Assembly (NCBI GenBank): GCA_963740065.1
Contig: CAVUCS010000002.1
Location: 126,858-190,857 of the forward strand
Direction: 5' to 3'
DNA: 64,000 nt
From: an uncultured Solirubrobacterales bacterium
GTDB taxonomy: Bacteria > Actinomycetota > Thermoleophilia > Solirubrobacterales > 70-9
Part shown: piece after piece, positions 27,541-36,666 of the stretch
Layout: each line of letters begins with the position of its first letter
Numbering within the stretch: the first letter of the stretch is position 1
Program-made: the position numbers and the translations under genes
Notes under the pieces: model-generated
Databases searched by the model: none
Seen by the model: the letters and a program-made list of their open reading frames with translations, nothing else
What the model was told of the DNA's origin: nothing

Positions 27541-28473
27541 TTAGAGGGACTGCAAGGTCAGGCGGAGCCCGTCCTCCAGCTCCACCTGCGCCCGCCAACC
27601 CAGCTCGCTCTCAGCGCGGGACGGATCGACCGCGATTCGCTGCACCTCGCCGGTGCGCGCGGGGGCCAGCTCCGGCTCGAATCCGGCGGCTTCACCGAGC
27701 TCCCCGAGCAGTCGCGCCAGCTCCAGCACGTCGGTCTCCTGTCCTGTGCCGACGTTGATCGGCCCGGTCGCGTCGGACTCCGCCGCGGCCAGCGCCGCCG
27801 CGACCACGTCTCCCACATATATGTAGTCACGGGTCTGCTTGCCGTCGCCGTAGACGGTTGGCCGCTCGCCTTCGCGCAGTCGCCCGCAGAAAATCGCGAT
27901 CACACCCGCCTCGCCCAGCGGGTCCTGCCGTGGCCCGTAGACGTTGCCGAGGCGCAGGCTCACCCCGGATAGCCCGTAGAGGCGCTCGTATAGGGCCAGA
28001 TAGCCCTCGGCGGCGAACTTGCTCTGCCCATAGGGAGAGAGCGGCGCGATCGGCGCGCCTTCCGGTAGGGGCAGCTCTTGACCGGCTCCCTCGCCGTAGA
28101 TGGCCCCGCCGGTGGAGACGAAGACGAAGCGACTCGTGCCCGCCAGTCGCGCCGCTTCCAGCACGTTGGAGGTCCCTCCGACATTGATCGCGGCGTCGAA
28201 GGCTGGATCGACGATCGACTTGCGGACATCGATCTGGGCGGCCAGGTGGAAGATCGTCTCCGGCTTCGAGTCGCGGGCCAGCGCCGCTACGGCGTCGGCA
28301 TCGCGGATGTCCAGCTCGACCAGTTCAGCCCCCGCCGCGAGCGCCCCGTCGAGGTTTTCCCGTCGCCCGGTCGAGAGGTCATCGAGCACGGTCACCTCAT
28401 CCCCTCGGGCCAACAACGAGTCGACCAGGTTGGAGCCGATGAACCCCGCGCCGCCTGTCACCAAAGTCCTCAT
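27541..28473 (-). CDS. NAD-dependent epimerase/dehydratase (UDP-glucose 4-epimerase-like)
   Basis: [16 protein letters not shown] Rossmann motif with the SDR catalytic YGQSK. ATG at 28473. The remaining N-terminal part of the 720-aa track ORF is antisense to topA. Confidence 0.85.
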   Translation of the reverse strand: MRTLVTGGAGFIGSNLVDSLLARGDEVTVLDDLSTGRRENLDGALAAGAELVELDIRDADAVAALARDSKPETIFHLAAQIDVRKSIVDPAFDAAINVGGTSNVLEAARLAGTSRFVFVSTGGAIYGEGAGQELPLPEGAPIAPLSPYGQSKFAAEGYLALYERLYGLSGVSLRLGNVYGPRQDPLGEAGVIAIFCGRLREGERPTVYGDGKQTRDYIYVGDVVAAALAAAESDATGPINVGTGQETDVLELARLLGELGEAAGFEPELAPARTGEVQRIAVDPSRAESELGWRAQVELEDGLRLTLQSL

Positions 28474-28551
28474 TCGGTCGCCGATCCTAGGGGGATCGGC
28501 GCGCGCGAGGCCGTCGGGCCAGCCGAACGCCCCTGCTACCCTCGCCGACCC

Positions 28552-30822
28552 ATGAGGCTGATAGTCACCGAGAAGAACAACTCCGCCAAGAAGATTGCCG
28601 AGATCCTCGGTCGCGGCGACGTTTCCTCGGACAGAACCTTCAGAGTCCCGTTCTACACCTGGAGCGACGCCGACGGCGACCATATGACGATCGGCCTCAA
28701 GGGCCACGTGCTCGGTCCCGCCTTCCCCGAGGGCTACTCGAACTGGCAGAGAACCGATCTGCACGACCTGATCGACGCCGAGCTGATCAAGGAGCCGACC
28801 GACAAAAACGTCGTCAGAGCGATCAAAAAAGTGGCCAGAGGCGCCGACGAGCTGGTGATCGCAACCGACTTCGACCGCGAGGGTGAGCTGATCGGCCTCG
28901 AGGCGCTGGAGGAAATGCTTGACGCCAACCCGGAGCTGGGCTCGCGCGAGGGCACCGCCGACGGGACGTTGAGAATCCAGCGCGCCCGCTACTCGGCCCT
29001 GACCAAAGAGGAGATCGAGCGCGCCTTCGGCGAGCTTGACGAGCTCTCCTACCCGCTTGCCAACGCCGGCGCCGCGCGCCAGGACATCGACCTGCTTTGG
29101 GGGGCGACGCTGACCCGCGCGGTCTCCCTCGCCAGCCGCCGCTTCGGCTCCAACTTCCTCTCGGTCGGCCGCGTGCAGAGCCCCACCCTGGGCCTGATCG
29201 TCGAGCGTGAGATGGAGCGCCGCGCTCACGTCGCCAGACCGTTCTGGGAACTGTTCGCCAAGTTTGAGCACGCCGACGGAAGCTTCGAGACTCATCACAG
29301 CGTCGACAAATTCTGGGATAAGGCGGAGGTCGACGCGGCGCTGGCGGGCACCGCCGGCCCCGGCACCGTCAAGTCGGTCACCGCGCGCAAGAACACGCGC
29401 CGCCCGCCGACTCCTTACAACACGACGGCCTTCAGCACCGACGCCTCCAGTCGACTTGGCATCACCCCCGCCAGCGCGATGCGGATCGCCGAAGACCTCT
29501 ACATGGACGGCTTCATTTCCTACCCGCGCACCGACAACACGGTCTACCCGTCCTCGTTGCCGGTCCGCGAGCTGGTCGCCTCGTTGGTGCGGGTCAGAGA
29601 GTTTTCCGCGGCCTCCGGCTTGCTCGATGGCGAGTTGACGCCGACGCGCGGCAGAAAAGAGACGACCGACCACCCGCCGATCTACCCGACGCAGGCAATT
29701 CACCCCGGCGCCCTCGAAGGCCCTAAGCGCCGCGTCTACGAACTGGTCGTGCGCCGCTTCCTCGCCACCTTCAGCCCGCCGATGATCACCGAGTCGACCC
29801 GGGCTGACATCGAGGCCGGCTCGGAGACTTACTTCGTCCGCGGCTCGGTCGTCGTCGATCCCGGCTACGCCGGCATCTACACCTACGCTCGCTCCGCCGA
29901 CGAGGAGATCCCGGCGCTACAGGAGGGCCAGCAGCTCGACCTCGCCGGAGAGCCCTGGATCGTCGACAAGGAGACTCAGCCGCCGTCGCGCATCTCCCAG
30001 GCGAAACTGATCGAGATGATGGAGGAGCGCGGCCTCGGCACAAAAGCGACCCGGGCCGACATCATCCAGAAGCTCTTCGACCGCGGTTACGTCTACGGCA
30101 ACCCGCCGGTCCCTTCGGAGACCGGGATCGCCCTCTATGAGGCCTTCAAGAACTTCGTGCCGGCGATGGCGACGCCGGAGATGACCGCCCAGTTGGAGGC
30201 GGAGATGGACCGGATCGCCGCCGGCGAGATGACCAAGGGCTCCGTCGTCGGCGAGAGTCGCGACTTGCTGCACAGAACCTGGACCGAGATCGACGCCAGT
30301 AGAGAAGACCTGGCCAAAGTGATCTGGAAAGGGATGGACGAGGACCGCATTCTCGGCCCGTGCAAGGCCTGCGAGGAGGCCGGCCGTAAGAAGGAAGACG
30401 GCTCGCCGCACATGCTGCGGATCATCCGCGCGAAAAAATCGGGCAAACGATTCGTCGGCTGCACCGGTTGGACGCTCGACGATCCCGAGTCATGCGATCA
30501 GACTTTCCCGCTGCCGCAGCGTGGCGACGTCTTCCGCCTTGAGGAGCGCTGCAGCATCTGTGAGCGGACCCCGCGCCTCAAAGTCGTCCCCTTCCGCGGC
30601 CGTCCCTGGAACCTCTGCCTCAACGACGACTGCGAGTCGATGCAGGAGATGAAGAAACGCCGCGCCGAGCGCGAGGCGGCCAAAGCCGCGAAAGCGGCGA
30701 TGGCGAGAAAGCCGCCGGCCAGAGGCGATGAGGATGCGGCGCCGGCAAGGGGCAGAAGAGCCTCCAAAGCGGACACAGCCACGCGGGGCCGCAAACGCGC
30801 TAAAGCCGCGTCCAAAGGCTGA
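28552..30822 (+). CDS. topA: type IA DNA topoisomerase (housekeeping topoisomerase I by synteny)
   Basis: TOPRIM (MRLIVTEKNNSAKKIA, VIATDFDREGELIG), catalytic Tyr region (GFISYPRTD), C-terminal Cys4 zinc ribbons and a Lys/Arg-rich tail. Followed by tmk-holB. Confidence 0.85.
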   Translation: MRLIVTEKNNSAKKIAEILGRGDVSSDRTFRVPFYTWSDADGDHMTIGLKGHVLGPAFPEGYSNWQRTDLHDLIDAELIKEPTDKNVVRAIKKVARGADELVIATDFDREGELIGLEALEEMLDANPELGSREGTADGTLRIQRARYSALTKEEIERAFGELDELSYPLANAGAARQDIDLLWGATLTRAVSLASRRFGSNFLSVGRVQSPTLGLIVEREMERRAHVARPFWELFAKFEHADGSFETHHSVDKFWDKAEVDAALAGTAGPGTVKSVTARKNTRRPPTPYNTTAFSTDASSRLGITPASAMRIAEDLYMDGFISYPRTDNTVYPSSLPVRELVASLVRVREFSAASGLLDGELTPTRGRKETTDHPPIYPTQAIHPGALEGPKRRVYELVVRRFLATFSPPMITESTRADIEAGSETYFVRGSVVVDPGYAGIYTYARSADEEIPALQEGQQLDLAGEPWIVDKETQPPSRISQAKLIEMMEERGLGTKATRADIIQKLFDRGYVYGNPPVPSETGIALYEAFKNFVPAMATPEMTAQLEAEMDRIAAGEMTKGSVVGESRDLLHRTWTEIDASREDLAKVIWKGMDEDRILGPCKACEEAGRKKEDGSPHMLRIIRAKKSGKRFVGCTGWTLDDPESCDQTFPLPQRGDVFRLEERCSICERTPRLKVVPFRGRPWNLCLNDDCESMQEMKKRRAEREAAKAAKAAMARKPPARGDEDAAPARGRRASKADTATRGRKRAKAASKG

Positions 30823-30834
30823 GGCCCGCGGGCC

Positions 30835-31422
30835 TTGTTCGTCTCGCTTGAAGGCATAGACGGGTCAGGCAAGAGCACGCAGGCGAAGCTTCTTGCCAAA
30901 GCGCTTGGCCCCGAGACGCTCCTGATCCGCGAGCCCGGCGGCACCGCCGCCGCCGAGCGCATCCGCGAGCTGCTCGCCGACCCCGATCTGGAGTTGGACC
31001 CATACGCCGAGCTGCTGCTCTTCCTCGCCGCCCGCGCCGACCTCACCGCCCGGGTCATCCGCCCGGCGCTGGAGGCGGGGCTCGACGTCGTCTCCGACCG
31101 CTTCGCGGACTCGACCGTCGCCTACCAGGGGGCCGCGCGAGGCCTCGGGGTGGGGGAGACGATTTCCCTCACCGATTCCGCCAGCGACGGTCTCTGGCCC
31201 GACCTGACGATCCTGCTGCGGCTTGACCCCGAGGTAGGGCACGAGCGCGCCGAAGGCAAGGACCGCTTCGAGTCCGAGGGTCTGGAGCTGCAGAGGGCGG
31301 TGGCTGAGGCCTACGAGGAGATCGCCCAGATCGCTTCGGACCGGGTGGTGGTGGTCGACGCCGGCGGCAACGTCGAACAGGTCCATCAGCAGGTAATGGA
31401 GGCGGTCGAGTCTCGTCGTTAG
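30835..31422 (+). CDS. tmk: thymidylate kinase
   Basis: P-loop FVSLEGIDGSGKST, the DRF motif and the LID region. Confidence 0.9.
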   Translation: MFVSLEGIDGSGKSTQAKLLAKALGPETLLIREPGGTAAAERIRELLADPDLELDPYAELLLFLAARADLTARVIRPALEAGLDVVSDRFADSTVAYQGAARGLGVGETISLTDSASDGLWPDLTILLRLDPEVGHERAEGKDRFESEGLELQRAVAEAYEEIAQIASDRVVVVDAGGNVEQVHQQVMEAVESRR

Positions 31423-31437
31423 GGACGCTGCGCCCCG

Positions 31438-31518
31438 GCCCGCGGGTCCTGTCATGGGGGGAGGGGGCGCTGCGGGCGGGGTCGTCCTCGACCCCCCTCC
31501 CCCCATGCCACCCGCGGG
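31438..31518. other. G-run/C-run long imperfect hairpin between tmk and holB
   Basis: CATGGGGGGAGGGGG (31453-31467) pairs with CCCCCTCCCCCCATG (31493-31507). It is flanked by two CCCGCGGG boxes (31438-31445, 31511-31518). Confidence 0.7.
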
Positions 31519-31539
31519 AGAGGCGAATAGGCTCAGAGC

Positions 31540-32598
31540 GTGAGTCTCGCCGGCCTCGAAAAGTGCACCGAGCATCAGCCGCGGGTGCGGGTGGCGTTGA
31601 GCGCGGCACTACAAGCCGGCCCCACACACGCCTACCTGTTCCGCGGGCCACGCGGCTCGGGGAAGAGGGCCGCGGCCCGCGCCTTCGCCGCTGAGATTCT
31701 CGCCGGCTCCTCCGAAGACGCCGACGATGCCCGCCGCCGCGCCCTGCTCGACCCTTCGCCTCACCCGGACCTCGTCTGGATCGCCCCGCGCGGCGCCCAG
31801 CATCTGGTCGAGGAGGTGCGAGAGGGGGTGATCCGCGCCGCCGCCTACCGCCCCTTCGAAGGGGGCAAGCGCGTCTTCGTGATCGAGGCCGCCGAGGCGA
31901 TGAGAGACGAGAGCCAGAACGCGTTGCTCAAGACCTTGGAGGAGCCCCCCGATTACGCCCACCTGATCTTGCTCAGCGCCGAGCCGGAGCTCCTCCTCGA
32001 AACGGTCGCATCCCGCTGCCAGACGGTCGACTTCGCTCCGCTTCCGGTCACGGCGGTCGAGACGGCGCTCGAAGGGGTCGCTGACCCGCATGAGGTCGCC
32101 GCCGCCGCTCGCCTGTCGGCCGGCGACCTCGAACGCGCCCGCTTCTTGCTCACTGCACCAGGAAGGAAGCTGCGCGCCGCGGCTGAGCGCTCGGCTTGGA
32201 AGCAGCTGCTCAAATCCGCGGAAGAGGTGGGCGAGGATGCCGAGGCGGCGACTCGTGAGGCGTTGGAGGAGGAGAGAGCGGCCGGGGTGAAGCGTTCCGC
32301 CAGAGACGTCAACGACGAGGCGCGGCGCGCGGCGCGGCGCCGCCGCACGGAGGTCCTCGACCTCGGGTTGGAGTTGGCCGCCGCCTGGTTCCGCGACTTG
32401 GCCGTCATCGCTTCCGATGCTCCCGAGGTCGCCTACAACCAGGACCGCCTCGACCAGCTTCAGGCCCGGGCGGAGGAGATCGACCTGGCGGAAGCCCGCC
32501 GCGCCGCCGAGCTGATCCAGGACACCCGTCGCCGCCTCGACCTCAACGTCTCCGAGGAGCTGGCCTTAGAGGCGCTATCGGTTCGCCTTATGGGGTGA
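31540..32598 (+). CDS. holB: DNA polymerase III subunit delta prime
   Basis: AAA+-like HAYLFRGPRGSGKR, the NALLKTLEEPP box, and position downstream of tmk. Confidence 0.8.
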   Translation: MSLAGLEKCTEHQPRVRVALSAALQAGPTHAYLFRGPRGSGKRAAARAFAAEILAGSSEDADDARRRALLDPSPHPDLVWIAPRGAQHLVEEVREGVIRAAAYRPFEGGKRVFVIEAAEAMRDESQNALLKTLEEPPDYAHLILLSAEPELLLETVASRCQTVDFAPLPVTAVETALEGVADPHEVAAAARLSAGDLERARFLLTAPGRKLRAAAERSAWKQLLKSAEEVGEDAEAATREALEEERAAGVKRSARDVNDEARRAARRRRTEVLDLGLELAAAWFRDLAVIASDAPEVAYNQDRLDQLQARAEEIDLAEARRAAELIQDTRRRLDLNVSEELALEALSVRLMG

Positions 32599-32640
32599 GT
32601 GAGGTTGACCACCCATAGCGGGGGTCAACCTCACTCACCC
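32593..32640. repeat. hairpin H1 (18-bp perfect stem) between convergent holB and the DUF2304 gene
   Basis: GGGTGAGTGAGGTTGACC-ACCCATAGCGGG-GGTCAACCTCACTCACCC. Both stop codons lie in the arms, so it is a plausible bidirectional terminator. Confidence 0.8.
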
Positions 32641-33038
32641 TCCGGGCCCTTCGCCTGCTCGCGGGCCTTCTCCAGCGCCCGCTCTTGCGCCAGCCTGGTG
32701 ATCTGGGCCGCCTGGCGGGACATGATCACGCTGAAGTTGAGCGCCAGTCCGAGCAGCAGGAGCAGGACGATGGAGAAGAGGGCGACGTTGGTGTCGCGGA
32801 CGCCCATCAGATCGGCGACGGCGCCCAACAGGCCTGGGAACGCGGCACCGGCCAGCATCCCGAGGCCGGCCACGAACCAGACCACGCTGTAGCGCTCCTG
32901 CAGGCGATCGCGACGGATCAGCTCGAGGATCATCACCATGAAGGCGATCGCGATGATCGCCGCCAAGATTCGCGTTTGCGAGGTCAGGTGGACCTTCGGC
33001 CCCTCGGCGGCCGCGCGGATGAGCGCCGTCGCGATCAC
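32631..33038 (-). CDS. DUF2304-like small membrane protein
   Basis: 4-TM protein with a charged C-terminal helix, overlapping the upstream GT2 gene (a typical pairing). Confidence 0.6.
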   Translation of the reverse strand: MIATALIRAAAEGPKVHLTSQTRILAAIIAIAFMVMILELIRRDRLQERYSVVWFVAGLGMLAGAAFPGLLGAVADLMGVRDTNVALFSIVLLLLLGLALNFSVIMSRQAAQITRLAQERALEKAREQAKGPEGE

Positions 33039-33766
33039 CGCTCGACCTCCGCCCGACGCGGCCGGAACTGCCCCACCATCAGCACGATCAGTCCCTTGAA
33101 GATGAAGAACGCTGAGCGCAGCGGGGTCAGGAAAGAGCTTCCGCCGGCCCGCTCGAGCATCCGCACCGGCACCTCCTCCACCCGTAGGCCCTGTCGCACC
33201 GCCAGCTGCAGGGACTCGATCTCGGCGAAGTCGGGCGAGTAGTTCTCGCTGAACAGAGCCATCACCCTTCGGTTGGCCGCGCGCATTCCGCTCGTCGTGT
33301 CGGTGAAGCGCTGCCGCGTCGCCAGGGTGAGGAAGAAGCGGAACACGCCCGAGCCGATTCGCCGGGAGATGGTCGGCTTGTAGTCGTCGCTCCCCGCGTC
33401 GGCCGCTTCCGGATCCCGGTAGCGCGAGCCGATCACGAGGTCCGCCCTCCCGGCGACCACTTCGTCGAGCAGGCGCGACACCTCGCCGGCCGGGTGCTGC
33501 CCGTCGGCATCCAGGTGGGCGCAGAAGTCGTAGCCCTCGCGCAGCGCGAAGAGGTACCCCGTCTGTAGCGCTGCGCCGAGGCCCTGGTTGAAGGGCAGGG
33601 ACGCCACGGTCGCACCCGCTGCGCGGGCCCGCGCCACTGTCCCGTCGGTCGATCCGTCGTCGACAACCAGCACGTCAGCCGTAGGCAGGTGCTCTCGAAC
33701 GTCGCGGATCACCTCCGCGATGGCGTCCTCCTCGTTCCATGCTGGGATGAAGACAAGCGTGCGCAC
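33035..33766 (-). CDS. family 2 glycosyltransferase (polyprenol-phosphate sugar transferase-like)
   Basis: VFIPAWNEE...VVDDGSTDGT...LDADGQH motifs. GTG start at 33766 preceded by GGGAGAA. The rest of the 690-aa track ORF is antisense to the kinase gene. Confidence 0.85.
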   Translation of the reverse strand: MRTLVFIPAWNEEDAIAEVIRDVREHLPTADVLVVDDGSTDGTVARARAAGATVASLPFNQGLGAALQTGYLFALREGYDFCAHLDADGQHPAGEVSRLLDEVVAGRADLVIGSRYRDPEAADAGSDDYKPTISRRIGSGVFRFFLTLATRQRFTDTTSGMRAANRRVMALFSENYSPDFAEIESLQLAVRQGLRVEEVPVRMLERAGGSSFLTPLRSAFFIFKGLIVLMVGQFRPRRAEVER

Positions 33767-33817
33767 GCGGCGATTCTCCCATGCTCGCCCGGCGCCGCTT
33801 TGTGTTACTAAGCCACG

Positions 33818-35127
33818 ATGAGACAAATCGATGTGCGCGTGGGCATGCGCCTCTGGCTGACGGGAGCCTTCGCCGCGGTCAGCTTGATCACCGCGGTCGC
33901 GGTCGATCTCTTCGGCGACGATCGCCGCGCGCTGCTGGTCGCGGTCGCGATCGGCTTCCTCGCCGGCTTCCTGATCGCCGTCGCCATCGCCCATCGGGTC
34001 ACTCGTCTCGCCGAATCCGCCGGTCGCATGGCCTCCGGTTCTTTCGATGCCCCCCTTGGCGTTTATGGCCCCGATGAGATCGGCGATCTCGCTCGTGCCT
34101 TGGAGTCGATGCGCGCCTCGCTGAAAGAGAGCTTCGGCGTGCTCACCGCCGACCGCAACAAGCTCGCGGCCATTTTCGACGGACTGGGCGAAGCGGTGAT
34201 GGTCGTCGACGACGGCGGCGACGTCCGCTTCTCCAACAGCGCCGCCGCTGAGTTGCTCGACACCTCCGGCCTTCCCGCAGATGTCCTTCGACCCCACCTC
34301 CACCGGGCTGCCGAAGTCGGCTTCGCCGCCCACCCGGCGCTGCGGATCGGCGACCGGGCCTACTCGATGCAGGCGCGGGCGTTGCCCGACGAGCGCGCCG
34401 TGCTCGCCGTCGTCCGCGACCGCACTGACGAGATGCGCCGGGAATTCGCCGAGGCGGACTTCGTCTCCAACGCCGCCCACGAGTTGCGCAACCCGTTGGC
34501 CGGCATCTCCAGCGCGATCGAGGTTCTCCAGGACGGGGCCAAGGACGATCCCGAGGCCCGCGACCACTTCCTCGACCGCCTCGCCGGCGATGCCGAGCGG
34601 ATGAACCGGCTGACCCAGGCGCTGCTCACCCTCGCCCGAGTCGATTCGATCGGCGTCGGGGAGACGGAGGTCGTCGATGTCCCGATTGCAGTGCGCGACA
34701 TTGTTGCCGCGGTAGAGCGCCCAAGACACATCGAACTTCACGTCGAAGTCGAGTCCGACCTGGCGGCAAATGGAGACCCGATGCTGCTGCGCCAGGTGAT
34801 GATCGGCCTGCTCACCAACGCCTTCAAGAACACGCCACCCCCCGGTGCCGTTACCGTTCGCGGCCGCCGCGACGGCAAAGAAGGGGTTGTCTTGGAAGTG
34901 ATCGACACAGGAACGGGGATACCGGCAGCTGAAGTGGAGCGCGTCTTCGAGCGCTTCTACCGACGCAGCGAGACCCGCAAACAGGAGGGGTTTGGCCTTG
35001 GCCTGGCCATCGCTCGGCGTATGGTCGACGTAATGGGCGGGGAGATCGGCGCTACTTCCGTCGAGGGGGAAGGCAGCACCTTCTGGGTCCGCCTCCCGCT
35101 CGCCCAACCCAATCCCACGCTGGTCGC

Positions 35128-35131
<4 letters not shown>
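33818..35131 (+). CDS. sensor histidine kinase (HAMP-PAS-HisKA-HATPase)
   Basis: Two TM segments, H-box FVSNAAHELRNPL, N-box LLTNAFKNT and G-boxes DTGTGIP / GFGLGLAI. Confidence 0.85.
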
Positions 35132-35829
<698 letters not shown>

Positions 35830-35832
35830 GGC

Positions 35833-36429
35833 CTACGCCTCGAGCCAGGTGCCGACCGGCCCGAGGTTGTGCACCGGCGTCTCCCCGACCCGGCTCTCGC
35901 AGCCCCAGGACTCGTGGATGTGACCGCAGACCGCGAGGCGGGGTGCCTTCTCCTCGATCGCTCGCAACAGCGCCTCGCTGCCGAAGTGCATTCCATCGCC
36001 GGCCGCGTCGCAGTGCCCCTTCGGCGGTGAGTGAAGGACGAGAATGGCGCCCTCGGGACAGGGGGCGAGCATCGCGGCGGCGGCCTCGTCGTCGAGGTCG
36101 AAGCTCCACTCCCAAGGGGTGACCGGAATTCCGGCGCCGAGGCCGAAGAACTCAACGCCCGCGATCGTTGTGCCGCCACCGTGCAGGACGGTCGCCGCCC
36201 TCCAGTCGGCGGACGCCGCTCGCAGCGCAGCCTCGGTCTCGTTGTTGCCCGGGACGAGAACGGTGGGGGTCTCGATTTCAGAGAGGGCTTCGATCGTCTC
36301 CTCAAGCCCCTCATGCACGGCGGCGAAGTCGCCCGCGCCAATCACGACATCGGCATCGGCAGACATCTCGACCAGATCCGCCGCCCGCGGCAGGTCCCGG
36401 TGCAGGTCGCTGAAAGCGAGAACTCTCAC
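35833..36429 (-). CDS. metallophosphoesterase family protein
   Basis: MRVLAFSDLHRD, GAGDF, PGNNE and GHIH motifs of the calcineurin-like fold. Confidence 0.7.
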   Translation of the reverse strand: MRVLAFSDLHRDLPRAADLVEMSADADVVIGAGDFAAVHEGLEETIEALSEIETPTVLVPGNNETEAALRAASADWRAATVLHGGGTTIAGVEFFGLGAGIPVTPWEWSFDLDDEAAAAMLAPCPEGAILVLHSPPKGHCDAAGDGMHFGSEALLRAIEEKAPRLAVCGHIHESWGCESRVGETPVHNLGPVGTWLEA

Positions 36430-36492
36430 GCTCCAAACTTAACCGAGGAGGAACCTCGTCGACGGGTGGTTTCGGTAGGCTCCCCGCCGCTT

Positions 36493-36666
36493 ATGCCTCC
36501 TGTCTTCTGGCTCGGTTTCGGCATCGCCGTCTTCTGCCTCCTCGTGGGGCTGATAGCCGGTGCCAAATCTCGCACTACCGGCGCTCGCACCGGCCTCGCG
36601 ATCGGCGCCTACCTCGGCTTGATGGCGGGCTTCCCGCTGCTCGCTATCGGCCTGGCGACCAGCTAG
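36493..36666 (+). CDS. hypothetical 57-aa two-TM peptide
   Basis: An ATG at 36493 within track ORF 36031..36666 gives MPPVFWLGFGIAVFCLLVGLIAG.... Only hydrophobicity supports it. Confidence 0.3.
   Translation: MPPVFWLGFGIAVFCLLVGLIAGAKSRTTGARTGLAIGAYLGLMAGFPLLAIGLATS

Noticed and set aside
28479-28501. Small hairpin CGCCGATCC-TAGGG-GGATCGGCG between the divergent epimerase and topA genes, plus other 5-7-bp stems in intergenic DNA (for example 16849-16871 and 51637-51652).
   Set aside because: Stems this short are expected by chance in GC-rich sequence and show no similarity to the repeat families.
27541-29703. 720-aa minus-strand ORF that appears to extend the epimerase far upstream. The same applies to 33035-35107 (690 aa), 25538-26671, 52989-55493, 1175-3940 and 46321-47904.
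   Set aside because: The extensions are antisense or out of frame relative to well-supported neighbours (topA, the histidine kinase, nrdJ, the GST-like gene, nuoF). Canonical N-termini with internal ATG/GTG starts are present, so I used the shorter coordinates.
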